From assembly GCA_963693365.1 (NCBI GenBank), contig CAVNZM010000097.1, positions 1 to 8,689 on the forward strand: 8,689 bases of DNA, in the 5' to 3' direction. Source of the DNA: Amoebidium appalachense (Eukaryota; Protista; Ichthyosporea). Every line of letters begins with the position of its first letter. Within the stretch, counting starts at the first letter, position 1. Below are positions 1 to 7,746 of this stretch, piece after piece. A program made the position numbers and the translations under genes. Under the pieces are notes generated by a model. The model did not search any database and was not told the origin of the DNA. It saw nothing but the letters and a program-made list of their open reading frames with translations.

Positions 1-36
1 TCTCGCCCCCTCCTCCCTTCTTCTTACTCTAAGCTT
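1..36 (+). repeat. Left terminal inverted repeat (pairs with 7671-7706)
   Basis: tctcgccccctcc tcccttcttcttactctaagctt vs the reverse complement of 7671-7706, tctcgccccctcc ctctctactctttctctaggctt. First 13 bp identical; 28/36 identical ungapped. Confidence 0.85.
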
Positions 37-103
37 GTAGGGTAGGGAGGTGTAGATTCTACCATAGTTGGGTAGAGTTGAGATCTGGGACCCTAGTTTA
101 GGG

Positions 104-170
104 TTTCCGAGTGGCCGTCTTGGATTTCCGAGTGGCCGTCTTGGATTTCAGAGTGGCCGTCTTGGATTTC
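104..170. repeat. 21-bp tandem repeat x3 plus a partial copy (TTTCCGAGTGGCCGTCTTGGA)
   Basis: Units start at 104, 125 and 146, with a partial at 167. One substitution (c->a) in copy 3. Confidence 0.95.
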
Positions 171-459
171 ATGCACCAATTTAGGAAATTGATAAAAATA
201 TTAAATTGTAATTAACAAGTTTATAAGGGAAAATAAGGGTAAATAGGTTTTAAATTCTTGAGACAGACGTGACTAATCTGAAATTAGAGTTTTAGCCGAT
301 CAGGGACTGGAATTTATGAATTTTATAAGAATCTTAAATAGGTATTAAACATATTTCTTTTAACAATAGTTAACCTAGTACTCTTTGAGTGGAGACGTAT
401 TTTGGTTAATTCATTTGATTCATGAGTCTAATCTCTTATAGGTTGGAGCACCGCGAAAG

Positions 460-479
460 TTCCGTAGGCTTCCGTAGGT
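460..479. repeat. Short direct repeat TTCCGTAGG x2
   Basis: ttccgtaggc ttccgtaggt, 10-bp period. Confidence 0.7.
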
Positions 480-524
480 ACCAACTTCTGCTCTACTTAT
501 TTATCTAGTTTCTGTTAGGAATAT

Positions 525-960
525 AAGATGGAATTAAGCAATGTAACAACAAATAATGCAACCAATCGACACAAGACGATCTGAGATGAAACCAATATGG
601 AATTAAGCAATGTAACAATAAGTAACGCAATAAACTTATACTAGACAATCCAAGATGTAATCAAGCAAGGAAGCAAGGTAGTAATAATTAATAAACAACA
701 AAATACAGCACAATGGTACGAAATGAAGGCATGCATGCAAGCAATGTAACTACAAGCCATTCACAAATCTATACTAGACAATACGAGATGTAATCAAGAT
801 GGAATTAAGTAATGTAACAACAAACTTACCCTAGACGATACGAGATGGAATCTAGCAATGTAACAACAAGGAACTTAACAAACTTATACTAGACAATACG
901 AGATGGAATCTAGATGAAACCAAGCAATAAGCCTCCACAAGACGAGATGGAACCCATAAA
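525..960. repeat. A-rich degenerate mosaic repeat (modules AGATGGAATTAAGCAATGTAACAACAA and ACTTATACTAGACAATACGAGATG)
   Basis: 'gcaatgtaac'-type motifs recur near 538, 607, 741, 809 and 855. 'tatactagacaat' recurs near 637, 770 and 885. Confidence 0.85.
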
Positions 961-984
961 ACATAAAGATACAAGTGTAAATAA

Positions 985-1215
985 CAAGATACAATGATAC
1001 AAATGGAAATAACAATAAGCCGCAATAAGACGAAAAGGTAATGATACAATGGTATAAATGGAAGCGGCAATGGTACAAGGATACTAGGGTATAAATGGAA
1101 GCGGCAATGATACAATGATACAAGGGTATAAATGGAAGCAGTAATGTTACAATGGTATAAGGATACAACTGGTAGCAGTATGATCTAATGATACAAGTGG
1201 AAGCAGTAATAATAC
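985..1215. repeat. Degenerate tandem repeat GGTATAAATGGAAGC(G/A)GCAATG(A/G)TACAA
   Basis: 'gtataaatggaagc' occurs near 1052, 1089 and 1126, with diverged copies near 1000 and 1195. Confidence 0.85.
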
Positions 1216-1412
1216 AAATAGAAGAAACAAGACACAATCAGATGAATGAAAACAACGAGATGAAAGTCTTAAACCAAAAATGACATAATACAACGATACG
1301 AGATTGAAGCAAGCAGGCTATTAAGCAAGTGAGCAACAAATAATAAGTAAGAACATAAATGAAACAAGATGTAAAGAAATAAAGCAAGTAACAATTTGAT
1401 TTAAAATGAAAG

Positions 1413-1475
1413 TAAGTAAGTGATGAAAGCCATAAAGAAAGCAAGTAAGCGATGAAAGCCATAAAGGAAGTAAGC
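1413..1475. repeat. ~29-bp direct repeat AAGTAAG(T/C)GATGAAAGCCATAAAG x2
   Basis: Two near-identical adjacent copies plus a partial third (aagtaagc). Confidence 0.8.
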
Positions 1476-1724
1476 AATCATATTATTAGCATAACCTCTC
1501 CAAGCCGAAAGGACTTTTATCATTTTCCCCAAGTACCACTTATTTTGACACTCATATCCTGTACTCAGAACACTATTGATTATTGCATGCAAGAGCACCA
1601 CTGATTTCTGCATGATCACAATTTCTTCTTGCACCCCTGTTATTTATGTGTGCCTGGCCTACCGTGCGTGGTCACAATTTCTTCATGCATTCCTGTTATT
1701 CATACGCGCCCATATTCGATCTAT

Positions 1725-1895
1725 GCACTTATGCTCTACCATGCACGAGAAACTCGTTAACATCGATGATCCATTTATATTCAAAAAAGCTAAATAATAT
1801 TTATGATACGGAACCAGGGCCTAATAGCTCAGCTATGCTTCCCAAGGATCAGCTATTACAGGATTGTCAAAATGTATATATAAACACTCATGAGC
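1725..1895 (+). repeat. Inverted copy of the block at ~4535-4704 (and ~3645-3768)
   Basis: gcacttatgctctaccatgcacgagaaactcgttaacatcgatgatcc...gctaaataatatttatgatacggaaccagggcctaatagct aligns with the reverse complement of 4600-4704. Similarity continues to tgtatatataaaca (~1873-1886) vs tgtttatgtataca (~4543-4556). Flanking 1545-1720 also matches the 3150-5050 motif family in reverse. Confidence 0.9.
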
Positions 1896-2076
1896 ATTAC
1901 TAATTTATGTTATACACTTTGCATTTCCAAAGTACCACTGACTTATGTCATACACTTAGAGTACCATTAATTTTGGTACTTCTGTTATTCATGCGCCCAT
2001 ACTATGTACTCGCATGCGCACCAATGCTATGTTCTCGCAGAGTTCTTACTACTCTAACAGTACGAGAGTTTCAGTA

Positions 2077-2132
2077 GAGCTTTCTCGCTAAGAGAAAAGT
2101 CTTATGTTTTGTCCTCATACGACGATAAGCTC
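2077..2132. repeat. Double-hairpin element, copy 1 (56 bp)
   Basis: gagctttctcgctaagagaaaagtcttatgttttgtcctcatacgacgataagctc. Confidence 0.85.
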
Positions 2133-2239
2133 GTTTGGATTCGCAAGGCTGTTTTATAATCCAATAGATAATATTTATGCTACGAAATGAAAGCTTGTTA
2201 ACTTTAATTAGGGGATCTGATGGGTATTAAACAATAGCT

Positions 2240-2413
2240 TAAGCTAGCTTGGGATGGTATCCTTGTGCATAAGGCGAATTGTGTAAGCTAGCTTGGGATG
2301 GTATCTTTGTACATAAGGCGATTTGCCTAGAACAGCTTGGGATGATATCGCTGTACCCAAGACGAATTGCCTAAATTAGCTTTAGATGATATCTCTGTGC
2401 ACAAGATGAATTG
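2240..2413. repeat. 44-bp tandem repeat x4, progressively diverged
   Basis: 'agctt(g/t)(g/a)gatg(g/a)tatc...tgt.c..aag..ga.ttg' starts at 2246, 2290, 2334 and 2378, an exact 44-bp period. Confidence 0.9.
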
Positions 2414-2442
2414 GTAATCTGGTGAGCCCAAGAGTCTTTCTT

Positions 2443-2499
2443 GAGCTTTTTCGCTAAGAGAAAAGTCTTATGCTCTCATCATCATACGATGACAAGCTC
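2443..2499. repeat. Double-hairpin element, copy 2 (57 bp)
   Basis: gagctttttcgctaagagaaaagtcttatgctctcatcatcatacgatgacaagctc. A truncated, diverged copy follows at ~2518-2546. Confidence 0.85.
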
Positions 2500-2624
2500 G
2501 TTGTGAGAGTCTCGCTTGAGCCTTATCGCTAAGGAACTATCTTATGTTTTTGGAAAATTCTCCTTACTCGTACAAGGTGAATTTGGACTCTGAGGAGCCC
2601 AAGCTTGTTGTGAGAGTCTCTAAA

Positions 2625-2681
2625 GAGCTTTCTCGCTAAGAGAAGAGTCTTATGCTCTTGTCAGCATACGACGACAAGCTC
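2625..2681. repeat. Double-hairpin element, copy 3 (57 bp)
   Basis: gagctttctcgctaagagaagagtcttatgctcttgtcagcatacgacgacaagctc. Confidence 0.85.
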
Positions 2682-2828
2682 GTCTAGAACTCGTAACTCG
2701 CCGATGTCTTCTGGTGAACTATCTCTTGATAGATTGTTTATAGGTGGAAGGTCTCTTGGAGTAGTCGTCATGCCTTGATGTAAACTCTCTTATGCTTTGG
2801 TTATCTGGTAATCCCAAAAATCTCTGAA

Positions 2829-2885
2829 GAGCCTTCTCGCTAAGAGAAGAGTCTTATGCTCTTGTCATCATACGACAACAAGCTC
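2829..2885. repeat. Double-hairpin element, copy 4 (57 bp)
   Basis: gagccttctcgctaagagaagagtcttatgctcttgtcatcatacgacaacaagctc. Confidence 0.85.
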
Positions 2886-3059
2886 GTTATGCACTCGCAA
2901 CTCATTGAGAACTCGCATGCGGAACTAGGTTAATTATGAGCTTTTGGTTACTTACACGCTTGTAAACTGGTTTGACAATTAATGGAGCTAAATTAACTGT
3001 GAACTGTTGATTACTTAGACTTTCGAGAACTAGTTAGATGGTTAGCTTGTATTAATATA

Positions 3060-3117
3060 TCGCCAATGTGTCGCCAATGTGTTGCTATTGTGTCGCCTAG
3101 GTTAGGCAATGTGTCGT
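3060..3117. repeat. 11-bp tandem repeat CGCCAATGTGT (degenerate)
   Basis: cgccaatgtgt cgccaatgtgt tgctattgtgt cgcc...ggcaatgtgtcg. Confidence 0.8.
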
Positions 3118-3269
3118 CATTAATGTGTGTATTTTAATTTTAGGGTATATGCTCTTAGATACATGGCATGAAGAGGATCGTGCATGAATCAGTGAGGTTC
3201 TTGGGAACATAACATAAGGCATTAATGATTGGAACTCTTAGATACATAGCATGAGTGCATAAAACAATT

Positions 3270-3780
3270 ATAATCATGAAGTAATCAGTGGTATTCTTGG
3301 GTACATGAATCAATTTGGATCATGGAGAACCTTATCGCTCTTAGGTCTCATGATCGTTATGGCAGTTCATAGTTCTTCATAGTTCTTTATAGATCTCATA
3401 GCTATTACTGTATACTTATTCGTAATCATGCATAGATTTCATGGGAGTTCATAGTTCTTCATAAATCTCATAGTAATCCATAGTTCTTCACGGTAGTTTA
3501 TGAATCTCATTACTATTGATGTACATTTCTTTGCAATCATATATGAGTTTTATTGTTATTTATGTAAGGGTCTTATTGTTACTTAGGGTTCACATGCCTG
3601 TCCATGTATGCTTTTTAGCTATAATGTAATAGACAACTCTTAGTCATCATGGATGAGCTACTAGGCCCTAATTTTGTACCATGAATATTATTTAGCTTTC
3701 TTAAATATCGGGGGGGGGGGGATCAGCGATGTTAATGAGTTACTCGTGCATATCATAACATAAGTACATGAATCAATAGG
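3270..3780 (+). repeat. Large direct-repeat block, copy A (copy B ~4295-4715, partial copy C ~4950-5045)
   Basis: A and B share the same order: atcatg.agtaatcagt...ttcttgggtaca.gaatcaatttggatc...gctcttaggt, then the catagttctt decamer array, then tcatggat.agcta.taggccct...cgatgttaatgagt...gtgcata...cataagtaca.gaatcaat. Confidence 0.85.
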
Positions 3781-3800
3781 TATCGGGGATGAATACATAG

Positions 3801-3900
3801 CATGAGTGCGAATGCCTGAATCAAATGTGGTTATGTATGATATGAGTGCGAATGCATGAATCAAAGGTGATTATGTATGACATGAGTGCGAATACAGGAA
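3801..3900. repeat. 40-bp tandem repeat x2.5
   Basis: (c/t)atgagtgcgaatgc(c/a)tgaatcaaa(t/g)gtg(g/a)ttatgtatga starts at 3801 and 3841, with a partial at 3881. Confidence 0.9.
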
Positions 3901-4294
3901 TTAATTATGATTACGCACGGTATTGCATGAATATATGAATAACAGAAGTGTAAAATTTAATGAGGGCTCTGGGTGTATGATATAAGTATATAAATTAAGG
4001 GGGGGGGGGGGCTCTAGGTATATGCCAAGAGTACATGGCATTAATACGCATGCGAGTACATAGTATGGGCGCATGAATAGCATAAGTATATGAATCGATT
4101 GAGATCGTGCAGGAATCCGGGGTGCTTTTGAGTATATGCAGGCCTTACATAAATGCAGGAAGAAATTGTGATCGTGCAGGAATTAATGGTGTTCTTGGAT
4201 ATATCAATCAATTATGATCATGCAAGACATAACAAGGAATGCATAGATAAAGAGTGATCGCGTATGACATGAGTGTGGCTGCAGGGATCATTTA

Positions 4295-4715
4295 TAATCA
4301 TGCAGTAATCAGTAGAATTCTTGGGTACAAGAATCAATTTGGATCGTAGACAACCTTGTTGCTCTTAGGTTTAGTGACAATTCATAAATTTCATAACAGT
4401 TCATAGTTTTTCATGGATCTCATAGCAGTCCATAATTTTTCATGGATCTTATAACAGTTCATAGTTCTTCATAGTTCTTCATGGTAGTTCATAGATTTCA
4501 GGGCATTTCATGCATCTCATGGCAGTTCATAGATTTCATAGCTGTTTATGTATACATCTTAACACTAATGTAATAAACAAGTCTTAACGATCATGGATAA
4601 GCTATTAGGCCCTGATTTCGTATCATAAATGTTGTTTAGCTTATTTGAATTAAAATGAATCATCGATGTTAATGAGTCCCTTGTGCATAGCAGAGCATAA
4701 GTACAAGAATCAATT
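4295..4715 (+). repeat. Large direct-repeat block, copy B
   Basis: See copy A. Contains a 10-bp-period CATAGTTCTT/CATGGATCT/CATAGATTT array at ~4383-4541. Confidence 0.85.
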
Positions 4716-5087
4716 GTGATCGTACACGGTAAGACATGAGTGTATAAAGAAATTGTGATCGTGCAGAAATCAATTTGGATCGTGCAGGAATCCGTGATGT
4801 TCTTGAGTGCATAGATAATAGAAGTGCTTAAATTAATTATGATTGCGCACAGAATGCCATGAATACATAGTATTGATGCGCACAGGAATAACATGCGTGT
4901 AAGGATCAATAGGGATACTGACGAAGTACATAAGTGCAGAGATCAATTTGGATCATGCAGTAATCAGTGATGTTCTTGGGTACAAGAATCAATTGGGATA
5001 GGGAACAGCCATAATGCTCTTAAGTCTTATAGCTGTAGATACATTCATCACATTTGAATCAATTCAAGAAAAAGGAGCTTAGATGCG

Positions 5088-5200
5088 TCTTCCATTTGTC
5101 TTTCACCTATTGATACATTTATGCCTCTTATAATCAATCCAAGAGATAGGTGTTCATATGCTTCCTTCATTTGTCTTTTACCTATTGACACATTCATTTC
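5088..5200. repeat. ~30-bp direct repeat x2 (CATTTGTCTTT(C/T)ACCTATTGA(T/C)ACATT)
   Basis: Copies at ~5093-5119 and ~5168-5194. Confidence 0.8.
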
Positions 5201-5811
5201 TTATAATATATTCTTTCGTCTCTTACTAATAAATCATGCCTCCGAACCATATCTTCATATAACATACTTTCTCTAGCTTACCGATTTTCAAATTGCTTCT
5301 TGAAAGTTCTCATCGCAACAAAAATAGATTAATATAATAGTGAGGAAATCCTTTACTTTTCACTCTAAATGATTGGTGCAAAACCTGAAAATTTAGGGTT
5401 CAGGATGTCGAAAGCAAAGGGAGGGGTACTTTTTCAAAACTGCGCCCATCTAAAGGAAATAACTTTCCGTAGATAGTGATAGAACTATAGAACAAAATAT
5501 TTAATTGCTTCATAGAATTAACTTATCAAACCTTAATTTGATTTAGTTAAACAAGGCATGTGTACCCCTATATACATATGGTCCGATAAAGCACTAATTC
5601 CCCCTATAAATTAGCGTCTAAGTGATCCGAGTGATCTCATTGATCGACTCTCCTATGTCACGAAGCAAACTTTATCATCTTCCTTTTATAAAGCTCTTAA
5701 ATCTTTTTTCTATAAAGTTATAATAATACTAGTTAGTATGTTTTACAACGTCTAGACCTATTAACTTTCAGTTATTCCCTTTTTTATATACACTAGATGA
5801 ATGAATGTCTC

Positions 5812-5858
5812 CTCTGTTTTACCAGAGAAAGTTTTACCTCTCAACTAGGAGAGGTGAA
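5812..5858 (-). terminator. Tandem stem-loops just 3' of the rps3 stop (putative transcript end or processing signal)
   Basis: ACCTCTC-aactag-GAGAGGT (5836-5855, perfect 7-bp stem) lies ~15 nt downstream of the stop. CTCTG-ttttac-CAGAG (5812-5827) is adjacent. Function is inferred from position only. Confidence 0.5.
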
Positions 5859-5869
5859 GTTACTATTTA

Positions 5870-7369
5870 TTAACGAAGAAAAATCTTTAATCCAATAGCA
5901 CCTAATTTAGTAAAGATAGTAGAAGAAGAATATTGAGAAGGTATAGTTAAAGAAGATAAGGAAAGATTACCATAGTGCGCTGAGAAGTGTTTAGCACGAG
6001 CAGATTTACCACCACGACCTGGAAGTCTTCCTGAAAGATAAAGACGAATACCTTTAAATTTAAGCAATGATAATTCCATAAGTAATAAATGATCTAAAAT
6101 ACTTTTTAAAACTAGAGAAATAAAGTAAGATTTAGCATAAAGAGTAGATAAAGAAGAAAGTTGTAGAAATAAAGTATAAATGGAAAAAGCGGAAGAAACT
6201 AATTGAATAAAGAAAGGATGAAGTTTAAAATAGAGAAGAACTTTTGTAATAGCAGAAGTAGAAATAGTAGAAGAAAGAGGTTGCATAACTAAAGTAGACT
6301 TCTGGAGAGAAAATAAGTATAAATTTAAGAGATTAAAATTTGAAGAAGTAATAGGTGTAGAAGAAGTCCCAACTACTTTAACTTTGAGAAGATTAATATG
6401 CTTATTAGTATGTAAATTGGTATGAGTCGTAAAAATAGTATTACAATTTAATGAAGGAGAAACTGGATAGGCTTTAACAATATAAATTAATAAACTAGTA
6501 ATTCAAAGTAAATAAATACGTCTAAAGTGTTTTAATCCAATTCAATCGTAATGTTGTAATGGCTGTAAGAAATCTAACCCTTTGTTTAGATTTTTATATT
6601 TATTAATAACCGTATTGAATATTCTTTTATATTCCTTTCTTTTTAAAATTCATGATGTAATATAACGCCCAATTAATTGTGAACTATGAATTCAAGGTTC
6701 AATTTGTTGTACATGAATTATAATATTTACATCTTTCACATATATAAGTAAATTTTCATATATTGTATTTAAAACCCTTTGTAAATCTTGTTTTCTTCTA
6801 CCTCGTGGATTGTCCCTAAGTTCGTTACTAACTAAACTTGTTTTGTATGCAGTTTTATTTCATAATTTATCTTTCTTTACTTTTTTTCTATTTATTTTGT
6901 TTTTATATTCTAAAAATGTTACTTTTCGTAATCGTTTTACTTCATTAAGCGAACTTTCATTAGAAGAATCTAATTGTTTATTATTATTCTTAGTATCAAT
7001 TATATTTTTAATATTATCATTTCATCCTTTAATTACAATTTGATCAAGCTGTAAAGTTATATTTTTTAATCTTTCGGATTTCTTTTTCATACCTAGTATT
7101 AAATGTTTAATTCCAATTAAAGAGTTTCCTTTTTTAATTGGTTCGACTTCTTTTTCTACTTGAATAATGATACTCATATCTTTTATTTTTCTTTTAATTA
7201 TAATTTCACCTACGCTATACCCTTGTGCTTCCATTGTTCCTTTTATATATTCTCTAATTAACATGTCTCTATATAAAAGTGTTCCATATTCTGTTTCAGG
7301 GCATTTTCATATCACTCTATAATTTCTTTGTGCACTTAATTTACTTTTATTTATATTTATTCTATTCAT
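5870..7369 (-). CDS. rps3: Mitochondrial-type ribosomal protein S3 (uS3m), 499 aa, TGA=Trp (table 4-like), with a long central insertion
   Basis: Hand translation: ATG at 7369-7367 (in-frame TAG upstream at 7384-7382) runs with no TAA/TAG to TAA at 5872-5870, followed by a second TAA at 5869-5867. In-frame TGA codons at + positions 7307, 7022, 6860, 6692, 6650, 6542 and 6503. N-terminal 'VIWKCPETEYGTLLYRDMLIREYIKG' fits the uS3 W...Y..LL..D..IR.YI motif, with the W encoded by TGA. C-terminal 'KGIRLYLSGRLPGRGGKSARAK...YGNLSL...QYSSSTIFTKLGAIGLKIFL' is the uS3 C-terminal domain of mitochondrial type. Confidence 0.9.
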
Positions 7370-7670
7370 CCTTTCTCTTTCCTACTATTGAATAATTTAA
7401 TTCCATTCCCAAATACTCTTATCTTGAATGGTACCTAATATTAAATTATTTAATTCTACTCCTATCATAACATTGAATAATTTTATTCTACTCCTAATGT
7501 AATATTAAGATAGCACTAAATTCCCTTCTATCTGTAATAAATAAGTTAATTAAATATTTAAGGTTTTTATTGATATCATAAATCCAACTCCTGATCTGCT
7601 AAAACTCCGATTTTGATAATTTACCATTATCTGGATTTAGGATTGTAGTTATCATCTTATATCGTGACAG

Positions 7671-7706
7671 AAGCCTAGAGAAAGAGTAGAGAGGGAGGGG
7701 GCGAGA
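7671..7706 (-). repeat. Right terminal inverted repeat (pairs with 1-36)
   Basis: aagcctagagaaagagtagagagggagggggcgaga is an imperfect reverse complement of bases 1-36. It lies about 40 bp before the telomeric tract. Confidence 0.85.
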
Positions 7707-7746
7707 TGAAATAACTAGACTGGGCCCCTGGGAACTTTGAACTCTC

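Noticed and set aside
1646-1903. Paralogous ORF pair 1646-1903(+) and 4565-4909(-) sharing 'KLNNIYDT..GPNS'
   Set aside because: The similarity simply follows from the inverted DNA repeat. It is confined to the repeat core, the third copy carries a G12 tract, and there is no recognisable domain.
2077-2885. CRISPR array or hammerhead ribozyme reading of the 57-bp elements
   Set aside because: Repeats are too long, spacers are 125-310 bp and partly repetitive, and there are no cas genes. The hammerhead core (CUGANGA and GAAA at the junctions) is not conserved on either strand; ctgaaga occurs only before copy 4.
3901-4083. 60-aa ORF, and the other short ORFs at 852-1115, 1401-1634 and 1576-1797
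   Set aside because: Short, inside repeat DNA or spanning a G homopolymer, with no recognisable motifs.
6810-7043. 77-aa + strand ORF
   Set aside because: Antisense shadow of the A-rich part of rps3.
5870-7369. rps3 as a pseudogene, or as bacterial (Mycoplasma-type code 4) rpsC or plastid rps3
   Set aside because: All interruptions are TGA in a single frame with no frameshift. There is no S10-operon context (rplV, rplP), and the C-terminal 'YGNLSL' region resembles mitochondrial Rps3 rather than the bacterial/plastid GRVPL.T motif.
7385-7660. Upstream rps19 or another small gene
   Set aside because: The one ATG-started minus-strand frame I traced (from 7627) closes after about 25 codons, and I see no S19-like motif. 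The region holds short repeats (attctactccta x2) and is likely a leader or promoter.
1-7706. DNA transposon or linear plasmid (invertron) bounded by TIRs
   Set aside because: No transposase, DNA polymerase B or RNA polymerase ORF. A target-site duplication cannot be assessed because the left flank is absent. A non-autonomous element is not excluded, but an intact TGA=Trp gene favours an organellar chromosome.
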